NCBI RefSeq assembly: GCF_009914755.1
Contig: NC_060932.1
Direction: 5' to 3' (one strand)
DNA: 64,000 nt
DNA from: the human T2T-CHM13v2.0 reference genome, Homo sapiens
Part shown: positions 17,725 to 32,341 of the stretch, one piece after another
How positions within the stretch are numbered: position 1 is the stretch's first letter
Layout: each line of letters begins with the position of its first letter
The notes under the pieces: generated by a model
The model's input: only the letters and a program-made list of their open reading frames with translations
Database searches by the model: none
What the model was told of the DNA's origin: nothing
Translations under genes and position numbers: made by a program

Positions 17725-17844
17725 CTTCTCTGTGGACACCCAGGCACCCATGGTGGAGCCCGAGCTGACAGAGGTGGGGGAGCTGCACTCGCTCACTGAC
17801 TGGCAGGTTTCCGAGGCTTCGGAGGAGGCCGAGCTGGACGAGTT
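17725..17844 (-). CDS. MTSS1: MTSS1 alternative cassette exon (120 nt, serine-rich)
   Basis: cccctgctgcag acceptor, AAG|gtgacc donor; NSSSSASSEASETCQSVSECSSPTSVSSGSTMGAWVSTEK, motif shared with the MTSS2 paralogue; phase 0-0. Confidence 0.9.
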
Positions 17845-19250
17845 CTGCAGCAGGGGAGGGGCCACACGAGGGGACCAACAGAAACCGAGCCACACACCAC
17901 CAAAATATAATAAATAAAAAAAGGAATGGGGATGGGAGTGGGGAAGGGCACACACAGAGAGAAAGAGACAGACATATACACAGAAGAGGGGAGGATGAGA
18001 GAAGCAGAGGGTTAGGGTTACTTTTCCCCCAAAGTTGCATCCATGCAGAGGCTTTCGAGCCCTTGAAAAGAAGCGTGCGACCCGGCCAGCCCTAGGTCAC
18101 TAGACTGTGGGTCCCCAAGGACACGGATTTGTGTGTCTTTTGCTGGGACCCAGAAGCATGCCTGGCACCGAAATATCTGGTCATGGCATTGGGACTTCGT
18201 GCTCTCTTGGGTGTTTCTTCACGTGCCACAGGCCCAGGTCCCCAGGGATGCCCTGCCTGTCACCTCTCTTATGTGCACAGGTGTTATTTATTGCATGAGG
18301 GCGGACCCCAGCTCGGGCTTTTGCTACATGTCTGCCTGGAATGGCTCGACTTCCTGGAGTCTCCTTTCATCAAATGCAGCCTGTGGATCCATGAGGGGTG
18401 GTTTCCAGCTATGAAGCCTCATCAAGATAGACTTTTAGGTTTCTCATCCTGGAGTGTGATTTTGGGGTTTGGGGCAGTGAAGCCCTCTGGTCAGCACAAT
18501 GTTTCTGGTGGCCATTGCGGGGTGGAATGAACCATCTCTGGAGAGGTCTCATTTGGGAAACCATCGCTTTACACTGATCTGATGGAACCCCAGGTCCCTG
18601 CTGGAGTCCTAGTCAGCCACGGCATGTGCTCCCAGTCTGGCTTCCTGATGTTCAGCTGGGGCAGGGACTGTTCCTATGATCTCACCTACACCCAAGTTTC
18701 TTCTAGTTCTGGACCTGGCACATGGCTGGTGCTCAAAACATAATGAATGAGTGACAATGATCATCTCTGTCACGTAAGTTGGGTCTCCTGGGCACTGCTT
18801 TGCATCCATCCAGGTACTTGCTTTAAATTTTTTCACTGTTAACTGCAATCTCTGGCTTAACCTCAGTTTGTTTAAATAAGCTGACTCCTCTCTATTGTAA
18901 TTTATCTGAAAGTGTTCCTGTATTCACCATCAAGGAGGCCAGAATCATATTTCTGTCCCTTTCACCTACAAAAGAAAGGTCCCTACAAAGGAACAGAGAT
19001 TTCGCTTTCCTGTCCTGTAAGGGCAAGGAGACAATCAGACACTCAACAATGTGTGGGGCTCAGTGGACCCAAAGCAAGGAGAGACTCCACGGTGGACGGA
19101 CATCCCAGCTGCACTCTGAGCTCAGTGTCTGGTTAGCAGCCCAGGATTTGAAGATGGAAGGTTTGGATTTAAGTCACATTTGTGCCAATTCCCAGTCGAG
19201 AAACTGAACTTAAAAAATTTGAGGTTTAGAGGGCTTTATCAACAAAAAAC

Positions 19251-19685
19251 AGCCAGATGTGGTGGCTCATGCCTGTAATCCTGGCACTTTGGGAGGCCAA
19301 GGCAGGAAGACTGCTTGAGGCTAGGAATTGGAGAACAGCCTGGGCAACATAGCAAGACCTCATCTCTACAAAAAATAAAAAATATAAAAGAGGAAAGGAG
19401 TGAGGGTTGAAAAATTGCCTATCAGAGACAATGCTCACTATTTGGGTAATGGAAATAGAAGCCCAATCCTCACCAGTATGCAAGGCACATGTATTCTCAA
19501 ATCTAAAATAAAATTAGCCAAGCATGGTGGCACATGCCTATAGTCCCAGCTACTTGGTAGGCTGAGGTAGGAGAATTGCCTGAATCCAGGAGTTCAAGGT
19601 TACAGTGACCTATGATCCCGCCACTGCACTTCATCCTGGGCAACAGAGTGAGACCCTGTCTCAAAAAAAACGAACAAAAATAAAA
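19251..19685 (+). mobile_element. AluJ split by a short L1 3'-end fragment
   Basis: left arm about 19251-19385, L1PB/L1MA-like 3' end about 19390-19512, right arm about 19513-19685. Confidence 0.8.
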
Positions 19686-20161
19686 CAACAAAACAGTAAC
19701 CCACCGCAGGACTGCAGGTTCAGATTTCTTTGGAATTATGCTCATTTTTTATAAAGAACCTCTTGACTCAGATGGAATAAATGGCTCTAGGGTGAGACCC
19801 TCATTGAAGACATGGCCCCACTCCTGGGCACAGATGGGTGAGGGCACAATTTGAAGAGTGGAGGGAGGTAAACCAGAGAATTCTGAACAAATTCCATCAC
19901 TCGGCTTTCATCTCAGACCTGTGTTACTCAGTAGAGAAATGAAGGGCTCCTGCGCCTCCTAGATGTATGCCCCCTTTCTCCCTAATAAAGGGGAGGTTAC
20001 TGCCTTCAGGAGATTGTACCCTCTGGCTAATGTGATCTGTACAATGACCTTCAATTTCCCCTTTACCTTATAATAATAAGCAGTCGTAATGCCTTTCTTA
20101 AAAAATAAGAATTCTCTATTAAGTTTTGTAGCATCCCTGAGCTCATTAAAACTACCCTAGT

Positions 20162-20455
<294 letters not shown>

Positions 20456-21792
20456 CTACCCTAGAGTTGCTAGCCACGCATGTCTTGGGCACAGGTTTTC
20501 AGATTTAAGTAAACCCAATATGCCCTCTTCTGCTTCCCTCTATGCCATGGGAAACACTCTGTTCTACCCCATCCACACTCACAGTCTTGGAAGGGAAGGC
20601 TGCAGCACGTGGCCTCTCCTTTTCAGAAAGGGGCGTCAGTGCACACTACTATGTTAATTTGTCAATTAAAAACACACACACAATTATGCTGCACACTAGA
20701 ACAGCCCGGAGGAACTGCACATTCCAGCCCTCCTCCCGACCCTTTGCCCTCTCTGCTTGTGAGCAGCACATATGGTTTAGTGAAGCACACAGCGGGGAAG
20801 AGGAGCTCCTTACAGACCAAGCCAAGCACCCCAGGTGGGACACGCACTCTCAAGCACTCTCAAACTATAGCCGTGGCTCTTGGCTCTGAGTGCGTTTAAA
20901 ATTGAGTGTGTATCCAAGGAAGACAGACAGAGGCCACAGTCCCCCAGGATGGCTGAAAAATGCTAATGGGAGCGCTGAGCTGTGAGGAGAGGAACGCAGA
21001 GCTCTGACATGGGTTTCCCAGCAGGTGGGGCTGTGGGGCACCCAGCATTCTGTATGTAGAGCTACTTGCCAAGTTCAAGGCCGACACCAACCCAATGACA
21101 CTAAGGGAGAGAGGACAGAGAGAGGATCACATACATTGATGATGCACATGAAGAGTGTTCAGATGCCCTGGCCAGCTCCTGCGTTCTGCTCCAGCTGGAA
21201 CCACTGGGCTGGGCTGGGCCTAGCACCATTAAACCCAGCTGTAGTTGAAGAGATTCTGCCACACCTTCCCTTCCAGAATCTAAGTGCCAACAGAATTATG
21301 TGCAGAAGCTCTGATGATTCATTCTCATTCTCAACACAGATTGATAAAAGGAACCTGAGAGCGCCAAGGGATGGTATCGGAAGCGCTATTCAACCATAGA
21401 ATCTCAGCCATTCAGGGAGAACCTGAGATGTGGGGGAGGAGGTGTCCCCATTGTGCAATGCCCTTTAATTATAGCATTTAATTATGCCAAGCTGGGCACT
21501 TACAGGGACGCCTGAGAGTGGTCAAACCTTTCAATCCATCTACTTACGTGAGAGCTCCCCAAATCGATGTGGTAATGCAACCATTACCACCATGGAGACA
21601 GGCTTCAAACCCACTTATAGCACCTCTCCCTTTAGGGGAACAATACATCTAAAGATGAGAAATTAAACCAGAGGTTTCTCAACTCAGTGGGCAGCGGATT
21701 GTCTAAGCCAAGGTGCTTCTTTGGTTCTGGCCACTGACAGTGGTCAGGACACCAGGTGTGACAGCTGCTCCTGGAGCCAAGGGCACCCTTAC

Positions 21793-22003
21793 CTGGTTGG
21801 GGGCCTCTGGCGGCATGGGGGATGGTGACTTGGACTGGAAGGCATCCTGGGATATGAATCCTGAGTCATGGGAGGACACGCTGGACAGCCTCACAGGAGC
21901 CTGCTGGGCCAGGTTGGAGCTGCGGTAGCGGTAATGTGAGCTGGGGGAATGCGAGTGGGAGCCGCTGGACCGGGAGTCACTGCTGTTGACACTGTTCAGG
22001 CTG
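21793..22003 (-). CDS. MTSS1: MTSS1 coding exon 10 (serine-rich)
   Basis: ctccacag acceptor, CAG|gtaagg donor; 211 nt SLNSVNSSDSRSSGSHSHSP...RLSSVSSHDSGFISQDAFQSKSPSPMPPEAPNQ. Confidence 0.96.
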
Positions 22004-22859
22004 CTGTGGAGGACAAGCAGGGGTGAGGGGTGGGCACGGAAGGTAAAGAAAGGGGAGCAGTGGTAAGAGGAAGGAGGAAGGAGGGGAACAGACGAGGCAG
22101 AAGAGAGAGAAGCACAACATAATGCAATTAGCTCTCTGCCCTGGAGATGCAGTGCAAACCACAAAACACGTTTTCAAAACACCAAATCATGAAGGTAGTC
22201 AACAAAATGCTTTTCCAGGTGACCCAGGGGGAAATACAGCTGCCAGGACTCAGGTCTCCGATGGTAACCATGTGGCATTCTTACGAGGGAGGTCTGGGGT
22301 TCTAAAACGTCAAGTGCGCCCAACTCTGCTGCTTCGCCTACCACCAAAACGAGGGGAGCTGATGTCAGTAGCAAGAAAAGGGACAGGGCTAATCTGCCTG
22401 CAGGAACCATGAGCCTGCAGCAAAAGTCCACTGGGGCTTCAGCATGACTGGAATGTTCTTGGATGGACCATCTGGGTCCACATGACCAAGGCCAACCCAG
22501 CTAAGCACTGCCGATGGATTTGCTGAGGTGATTTCATCCTAGCTGAGTCTGGTCAAGCCCGCTGTCAAGAACGTCAGCAAATCAACTCACTATGTTGGTG
22601 TGCATATGTTTTACCTTTTAACAAAGTGATGCTTTAATTAATGTTTTTACTCTGACCCCAGCTGTTTCTGTGTTAAAATATCTGTGGGTCTGGCACAATA
22701 GCACACTTGGCAAGAGGCAGGCAGCTTTCAGCGACTAAGGGCAATCAATGCTCAGCTGTTTGCTCTTGAAATGGCACAGTAAACAGGATGTCAAATAATG
22801 ACACACCCGCTCTGGATTTCTGTCTGCCTTCCATCTCCACTCAAAAGAAACGTGCTCCT

Positions 22860-23160
22860 GGCCGGGTGCGGTGGCTTACGCCTGTAATCCCAACACTTCA
22901 GAAGGCCAAAGCGGGTGGATCACCTGAAGTCAGGAGTTCAAGACTAGCCTGGCCAATACGGTGAAACCCCGCCTCTGATAAAAATACAAAACTTAGCCAG
23001 GCATGGTGGCAGGCACCTATAATCGCAGCTACTTGGGAGGCCAAGGCAGGAGAATCACTTGAACCCAGGAGGCAGAAGTTGCAGCGAGCTGAGATTATGC
23101 CACTGCACTCCACCTGGACAACAGAACGAGACCCGATCTCAAAAAAAAAAAAAAAAAAAA
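22860..23160 (+). mobile_element. AluS
   Basis: Alu consensus with pure A tail, TSD tgctcc. Confidence 0.93.
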
Positions 23161-23698
23161 TGCTCCACACTCTGTATAGTAACTTAGATCATAAAAAGCA
23201 GAAAACAGACTCCCATGGTCCAAACAAACGGAGCTGAAATAAAAAGAGCAGTTGTAGAGGCAGCAGCAGGGATGAAGTAAATAACTAGGGCTGGGATAGG
23301 AAAAGTCATGGTTTCTGCTCCTAAGCCTGCAAGAGACTCTGGCTTGCAAAATCTGGCAGCTAATAAGGTACTCAAGGGCCGCGTGACTGTTCTACACTAG
23401 AATTACTTGGTGCAAATGTTCAGACAGACATAGGGGAGCGTGCTGGAGGAAATCGCTGCAGTGAGGAATAAATATCATGATTTTTGACTTTCCCCTCCAG
23501 TCAGCCAGAAGGCGGCAGTTGGGGACCGACAGTAAAGCTCACAGCAACTCCACCCCGGCAGCCTCAGAGTTGCAGATGTCAGTGCAACATGGTTTTCTAC
23601 TCAAACTAAAATTATAAGGAAGAAAAAAACAGCCACGCAACTTTGTTTTACACTAATGAGAGATTTTTCTTGGCAACAATAAAAAGGTCTCTCTTTCA

Positions 23699-23700
<2 letters not shown>

Positions 23701-23752
<52 letters not shown>
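23701..23752. repeat. (CA)26 microsatellite
   Basis: perfect dinucleotide run. Confidence 0.98.
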
Positions 23753-23755
<3 letters not shown>

Positions 23756-24694
23756 GACAGAAGATAAGAAACAAACCAATATCTTCAGGGGGCAGAATGT
23801 CCAGGATGCAGCGTCTTAGGTCTGAACTTCCTGCTAAGTGTTTAGTGTACAAGCTCCGCAGTGAAAGGAAATAGGCATCAGCGTGCACCAAAACATCACC
23901 ATAGACAGATTGAGCAGATACATCCTGCCCTCTACTCTCAGTGCTAATACACAGGAAGTGGAAACTCATTTGGCTTTGAAAGTTAAATTAAAAGAGTAAC
24001 AGGACTACTATACCAAGAGAGATAGATGGTACATCATGCTTCCATCTTTCAAGGAGAGGAAAAGAAACTTTCCTACTCGGCAAGCCAAGAACTGACTTCT
24101 AACAGAAAATTGCTAGACAACAGTTTTGCAGATGGCAGAACTATTCCAACAGATTTTGTTCCAATAGGGAACAGTACTAATTAATACAGGTGTGGTCGTG
24201 GTAGTGGTGGTAGTAGTAGCAGTGACTGACAGAGCAAGAACTCTATTTACTTTATGAAACCCTGAAACAAAAATATGGGGTGAAATGAGGGCATAAGCCA
24301 TTGTTACTTCCTTCGTTTGTTCTGGCAACAGTGAGATCAGCCTGTGTAAAAATCAACCCAGGTTCACCATTTTTTAGGCCTTAGAAGGTTTTCACTCTGC
24401 TAAACAGGAAAATCAAATGTGATCTCATAGAATAGGAAAATCCCTACAACATACAAGTGAGAGAGAATAAGCTACATCCACAAGTCAAGGGCTAATGGGG
24501 TTTTCTTTCTGATCCAAAATTAATCCAGAGACTAAAGAGCAAGACCAAAATTATTACCATTCTTTCAGCTCATCATCCCATTTCCTGTTTGAGAATGAGC
24601 CATTCTAAGAGATAAGGACTGGCTCCATTGCTCACATTAGCATAAAGAAAAATGACCCGTGCTGAAAGCAAGAGTGGACCCCGGCTTCACTCAC

Positions 24695-24792
24695 CTGCAG
24701 ACACTGGACTTTCTGGACATGGTGGTGCTGGGGGAAGAGGGTGGCGTCTGATACGACCAGCTGTAATCAGAACCTTTCAAGTCCAGAATCAC
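24695..24792 (-). CDS. MTSS1: MTSS1 coding exon 9
   Basis: ccccttag acceptor, CAG|gtgagt donor; 98 nt VILDLKGSDYSWSYQTPPSSPSTTMSRKSSVC(S). Confidence 0.96.
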
Positions 24793-26103
24793 CTAAGGGG
24801 ACAGAGCCAGCTGGGTGAATGAGGTGCTGAGAGGGGAAGCGTTAGCCATCAAAGCTTAACATCCACCAAAGCATCAAAACGCTGCCATCGTGGGGGTGGG
24901 AATGAAAGCAAAACATGTTAAAAAATTTTTTTTTAAATTGAAGAGCCACAGTACCAAATCCATCAATATCATAATCCTTTTACTGAGAAAGTAAAACTAT
25001 AATTAATAGGGAGAAGGAAAGGAAGGGAAAAGGAAAATCATGAAATATCAGTCGAGAGAGGGAGAAATACAGTGACCAATTAATAATTTATAACAGCCAT
25101 TTATACCCAAGGCTAGAATTTACAGGATTTTCCTCTTGTAATGCCATAAAGTTAATCATGGTTCCCAGACTTGTTGGTAGCGCATTTTAACCACTTGATA
25201 TTCAGTGGTCATTTCTGCCCTATTTGACCAGCACTAGAAATTTTAAAGCCTGACAGAATCAAGAACAAGCCAATTCTTTCACCATTATTTCTATATCTGT
25301 CTCCGTTGCTTGACAAAGGACCACATGAGTATAAGGTCCACCTTTCATTCACATAAGAAGCACTCAGTAAATGTTTATTTGTCAAGTGAATGCATGCATG
25401 CTCTGGTCTAATAAATATAATTTGATAGAATAGAAAACATGAGCTCCCAAATTTGCCCTCTGAGCCAGCTCTCCAAGGAGACGAAAAGATTGTTACCAAG
25501 CACAAAAGCCAGCGTGTGATTCATCAGTTCCCCCAAATATGTCTCTTCCCATAGTGTGCGTGTGATGTGAATTAAATGAATAAAGCATAAAAATGTCATC
25601 TTTTTCATAAGATGAGAGAGCTCTCCATGCATTGCTCAATTAGAATGGGAGAAATGGAGAATGGTTGACAGTGTCAATCAAAACACACCAGCGACGTGTT
25701 CTTAGGAGGGTTGACTTCTAGAGGGCAGATGAACACAGCAATTAAGTGCATGGGATCTGGAACCTGACCAACTTGGTTCAAATACCAGTTCCACTACCTG
25801 CTAGCTAGCTGAACCTGGCTAAGTGACTCCATCTCTCAGTGCCTCTGCATCCTTCTCTATAAAACAAGCATAATCATGAAGATGAATGGAGGAAGTCAGG
25901 CTATGTAAAGAGCTTGGGACAGTGCCTGACACACAATAGGTTCTATGTAACAGCTCGCTGTGGTGATTTCATATATTACATCATGAAGGACGTGGTGAAT
26001 ATGACTACAATTTAAGACGTGACACATGCCACAGGAACACTCAGGGCCTTGAGCTTTTACCTCTTTGGTTTGATCCTGTAAGTGCTTAACCCCTGAAGCC
26101 TAC

Positions 26104-26211
26104 CTGTTCACTTGAGGAGGGCAGTTTGTGAGGGTCCATGGTCAGGCTTTTTAGATCTTCCGAGATGGTCTGAAGGTGGGTTATTTCCCCTAGCATTGAG
26201 ATTTCTTCTTC
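26104..26211 (-). CDS. MTSS1: MTSS1 coding exon 8 (end of IMD/I-BAR)
   Basis: ttttccttcag acceptor, CAG|gtaggc donor; 108 nt EEEISMLGEITHLQTISEDLKSLTMDPHKLPSSSEQ. Confidence 0.96.
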
Positions 26212-27004
26212 CTGAAGGAAAAGTCATTCATGAAATGTTATTATCATGAGTGATTCCCTTCATCGCTCTAGTCCAATTGTTTTCATTAGGGTCTCTGTAT
26301 AACCCTTTCAGTTTTTCAGAAAAGGCACTGTTGGGACTGGCAAATCTTTGCTGAAGGCACTACATGCCTTTTCTTTTGGGAAATGAGATGGAAAAAGAAA
26401 TCTGCCATAATGGAGGAGTGACCTGTGCACAGGGGACAGTGGGGAACACACAGGCCTCCCTCCCAGGGCCTGGGGGACTGCCAGGCCTGCTCAGATGGTC
26501 TGACTGTGTGTTCCCACGGGATCCTGCAACACAGCCCTCTTCATACTGTGGCCCTTTTCTGAAGTTGCTTAGCTTCAATAGATGACACGACTTGGATATA
26601 TTTTGGTCCAGATCTTTGTGACAGTGCCTGTGTGTTCAACAGAAGCTAACTTTTCCCCTTCTTTCTTGTGCTTTTCCAGCAACTTAGTAAAAGACAAGTA
26701 AGACAGGAGCTGGGGACCATGGAAGAAACATCCCATGTGCTTTATCGAAGTGCCAAGTTGGGACTACGGGCCGGGCTAGAATGATCCATGGAAAAGTTCT
26801 GTGCTCAGGGGAACAACTCAAATTCAGACATTTTGCTAGGGCTAAGGGAAATGAGCTGGTACCTTCGAATCAGCTTCCAGAACGCCTGCAGTGCAAGTTC
26901 TCAATTACGGCATGCAAATGATTTCCTTAAAAATTAAGTCTAAATTGATTCATTGAGGCTCTTGGATATTCATCTCATGGTCACCCCTTAGTACTCGGCT
27001 ACAA

Positions 27005-27172
27005 CAGTGAGTCTCAAAACCACCTGGAGTGCTCCTTTAAAACACAGACGACTGGGTCCCCACCCCCAGAGGTTTGGACTTGGTGGGTCTGGGTTGGGCC
27101 CAAGAACTTGCATTTCTAGCCAGTTCCCACGTGATGCTGCTGACCTGGGGACCTCACTTTGAGAACCACCCT
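27005..27172. mobile_element. MER5A (hAT-Charlie)
   Basis: ccccacccccagag...gggcccaagaacttgcatttcta...cactttgagaaccac. Confidence 0.75.
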
Positions 27173-27411
27173 GCTGGGCCTTCTTGACTTGGTGAGACAA
27201 AGTAACGGGGAACAAGTGGTACTAGAACAGTGAATGAGGAGTGAGCTACATGGCCATCAACTTGCACTGAATCGCTGGTCTGTACAGGAGATACCACCAT
27301 CATGATTCCTGACAGTAGATTCTCCATGACTCAACAGTGGATGGATAAAATTAGAAGGAAGCCACCTCTACACCAGCAGTTTAAACCTTCTGGAGTTTTC
27401 CATTAACTTAC

Positions 27412-27569
27412 AATCACTGGCCGCAGCATAGAGATGAAGGTACAGAATCGGCCACGTTCTTCAATCAAAGCCTTCCGGACAGCCTGCTTTTCTGTTTCTT
27501 CCAATAAGAGATACTTATCATTGACATCTTGGAGAGCACTGTCCAACTGAGGCTGGATATCACCTCTCC
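27412..27569 (-). CDS. MTSS1: MTSS1 coding exon 7 (IMD/I-BAR)
   Basis: ttttttgcag acceptor, ATT|gtaagt donor; 158 nt (G)RGDIQPQLDSALQDVNDKYLLLEETEKQAVRKALIEERGRFCTFISMLRPVI. Confidence 0.96.
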
Positions 27570-28334
27570 CTGCAAAAAACAGAGACCCAAGCACGGCTTG
27601 CTGAAATACCAGCTTCTGGAACAAGTGCCCCTCCTCCCTGGGGTCCTTGCTGGAGTCAAAACCACAATTTTCCAGGATGTAAAAAAAGTATTTATTCATG
27701 CCCCAAAAGGATTTAAGGCAGCTGTTTTTCTAGGACCAGCCATTTCCAATTTTCAATGCCCAAAGGGCACATTTAGCCTGGCTTATTCCTGACAAGGAAA
27801 ATGTCCTGGGGCAACTCTTCATGACTTGCCTTCTCACACTGCACAACCCCCACCAACTCTTCTGCCAACACAACCCTGGAACACAGAGCCAGACAGCATT
27901 CTTTCCTTGCAGAACATTCTGAAGAGGCTAAGAGATGTGGAAACAAGGTAAGAGCCTGTGGGTGTTTCCAAAAACGGGCACGGGCTGGCTTTGTTGGGTC
28001 AATCTCAATCAAAGAGCCTCTGTCTGGATAGAAGGATCTGCTCCTAAAGACAAAGGTGGCAAGCATCCGCTCTCCTGGCTCTGGGGGCCCATGGGAATCC
28101 TTGGCAGTTCCTTTGACTCTCTAGTGGAGAGTCTTGAATGCTCTTGCTGTAGAACAAGCCCAGTAATAACAAGACCTCCAGACAGGTCTCTGATGATGAA
28201 AAACTGAAAGTGGGGTCTATGCGGAGCCTGGCCCATGTTTAGGAATTATCTGGCCAGGTCCACAGACCCCAGTTAGGTGCAGGCAACCACTTCTGGAGTT
28301 TAAGACAGGGTGTTAGTCTTTTGAATGACTAACA

Positions 28335-28495
28335 CATGGTCAGCAAACCATCTTTGCAAATAAAGTTTTATTAGAACACAGCCAAATCCATTTATTTACC
28401 ATATTGCCTGTACCAGTTCTCCCTACAATGGCAGAGTAGTGTGACACAGAGTATGGCCCCCAGACCATGGCCTCTTGCAAAAGAAGCCTGCTGCC
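28335..28495 (+). mobile_element. MER58-like (hAT-Charlie), internally deleted
   Basis: ggtcagcaaac...aaataaagttttattagaacacagcca...acaatggcagagt. Confidence 0.65.
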
Positions 28496-29393
28496 CTAAA
28501 AGATAAACATGGACCAAGAGGCACTGTGTCCAAAGGAGCAGCTACTACAAATCTGATCTGTAGGTGGGGACAGCAGGGTGACAGCAGGGGACACCAGCTC
28601 ATGAGCTTCCACCTTGGGCTGCCTATGCAGGGGCCTTACCTATCACTCAAACCAGAGAGATACTTCCTAAACTTCTTCAGGGCAGGATTTTGGTCTTTCC
28701 CAGCACAGCCCCTAGTACAATGTCATGTGTGTATACAGCAGGTGCTTGATAAATGTCTGTTTAATAGTTTCAACACAAAATGTTAGAGCTGGAAGGGGTT
28801 ATCCAATTGGGCCAATCTGCTCATGTTTCAATGGAGACCAAGTCCTAGAGAAGTCAAGGGACTCACCTAAGGTCACAGAAAGAATGGTACAGAGGCAGGG
28901 TTGAGCCACACTGCCTAATTCCCTTAACACTGAACCTATTCTCTGCCCCACCGCCTCGCAGGAAGGGCCCTGCAGTTTCCATCTATCCCTCTTAGTGATG
29001 TAGAGAACATTAAATGCAATGAACCATTTGGTCTGAAGAAAGAAAGGGTCAGGGAAAATTGCCTTGGATGTAGGAACATATTCTGTATTTTTCACTCATA
29101 AGCAGAGGAGAAAGTTTAATTTGGAGCAAGAGGCAATCAGGCTTAAAGCACATCCCAATAGAAAAGGTAGTCAGATTTTAGTAAGGAAAAGTCACTTCTC
29201 AGACAGGGAATAAGTTCTAAGTTAGCACATTATGAGAAAATTATAGTCAAAGATCACCCTTGAAAATGCCTTAGATGGCCAGTAAATACAGTATGGACAG
29301 CTTTGTGTATATAACTCTCATCAGTCAAGTGAGTACAAATGTGTAGATAGTATGTATCTAAGTCCACGGAGGGGTGCTACCCAACGATTATAC

Positions 29394-29701
29394 TACACTG
29401 GCCCCTCCTCTGTGGTTTTGCTTTCCAAAGTTTCAGCTACCCATGGTGTGGTAAAATACGGTATTTTGAAAGAGAGAAAGAGACTACATTCGCATGACTT
29501 TTATTACAGTATATTGTTATAATTGTTCTATTATTATTGTTGTTAATCTCTTACTGTGCCTAAATTATGTATTAAACTTTACCATAGACATGTATGCATG
29601 GGAAAAACCACAGTATATGTAAGGTTCGGGTACTATCTGCAGTTTTAGGCATCCACGGGGGGTCTTGGAACATATCCCCTGAGGAGAAGGGGGAACTACT
29701 A
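29394..29701 (+). mobile_element. MER44A (Tigger-family MITE)
   Basis: acttttattacagtatattgttataattgttcta...aggcatccacggggggtcttggaacatatcccc...gggggaactact. Confidence 0.8.
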
Positions 29702-29747
29702 TATATAAGAAATTTGCTGCTTGAGAAGTCTCTGCATAATTTTCTCC

Positions 29748-30005
29748 TTTTTGGAGACAGAGTCTTGCTCTGTCACTCAGGCTGGAGTGCAGTGGAATGA
29801 TCATAGCTCATTGCAGCCTCAGCCTCTTAAGCAGCTGGGACTACCAGCGTGCACCACCATGCCCAGCTAGTTTTTCAATTTTTTTTTATAAAGATTGGGT
29901 CTTGCTTTATTGGCCAGACGGTCTTGAACTCCTGGCCTCAAGTGATCCTCCCACCTCAGCCTCCCAAAGTGCTGGGATTACAGACATGAGCCACAGCGCC
30001 TGGGT
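29748..30005 (-). mobile_element. AluJ-like
   Basis: diverged Alu consensus. Confidence 0.88.
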
Positions 30006-30716
30006 GTTTCAGCATATTTTCAAGGTGACCCACTCACCCATTCTTCCATGTAGTCACTACCTCCACCCCTCAGAATAATTCTTTACCATGCCTTCAATTT
30101 CTTCCTCAAGGATGTAGGAGTAATCATCACCATACATTAATCTGGCCACCTGAGCCACTGGTTTCATGTGTTTTTAGTAGACAAGAAACCTGTAAAAACA
30201 TTCTCCCATTCTCTCCTGGAATCTGCCTCAGGGCAGGTGCTCTGTTCACAGAGACCCACCACCTGTGGCCAACGGCTTACAGAGGGAAGGCTGGGTGCCA
30301 CCAGCACTATGAAAACTGTGAGTTTTCTCTTCTATTTTAAAATGCTGGCTAGTGCAAAATTAATCCAGATATACTTAATGTGTGTATGATACGAGTCCAC
30401 CAGCAGGGAAGCTCTGGAAAGCTGTAAACCCTTGCTTTTCCTCTGCAAGCAGCCAAACAGCATGGCCAATTGTGGGCCTTGTTGGGTCACATGACTCAGG
30501 GCTGGTCTAGAGGGCTACTTCTAGTCTCTCGATCTATTCTATGATGTTCTAATAACAAAACACAGAGGGCTGCAGACCACCTCAGAATGTTCTCAACTCT
30601 CGTGTAGGATGGTGAACAGAAGTCGGGAGACACCAGATTGAGACACATTGTGTTTGACCAAACTTGCTCGGTGGGCTTTGATTATGGTAGCAATTTAAAA
30701 AAATAACAGCCTATGA

Positions 30717-31085
<369 letters not shown>

Positions 31086-31704
31086 TTATAAGGCACATGT
31101 CTATCCATAATTAATAATGCTGACTTTAAAAACTGTATCTACATAGGAAAGAAAAAAAGGCCACTGAACCCAGTGTTATCTAATTTGGAAAATATAAATT
31201 TAAGTTATCCTATGATTATAGCAAAGTTATTTTAAATGTGTATTATAATTAAAGGACTCTCAAATTGTAGCATTCTAAAATAAGTATACTCTGTAAAGAT
31301 TGCTATAATTATAGTCAAGACATTTCCATTCAGGATAGATGATAAGCTAAAACTACAATGTTTATTTATTAAATTCACTAATACAACATGTAATTATATT
31401 TATAAAAAAAAACTGTGAAAGAAATTATTTCATGTCCCAGTTGGATATACTGGTTTTAAGATAGAGTGATCTTTTGAGGTCCACAAATTCAGAGAGTTGT
31501 GTTGGTACTGATTTAATATATACAAAAGCCCATTCTCTTCACTCCCATCGGCAGTGTTAGGAGAGTCACCACTGACTCCTTGAGCGCTGGTCCTGGCTAT
31601 TCCAGCTCCCACGGACTTGACTCCATCCTCGTCTCACCTCTGCTACCTCTACCCTCACTGGGCCATCACGATCTCTCACCTGAACAGATGCCAACAGCCC
31701 CTAA

Positions 31705-32341
<637 letters not shown>

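Noticed and set aside
18008-18021. Telomere-like gggttagggtta
   Set aside because: Only two units; expected by chance
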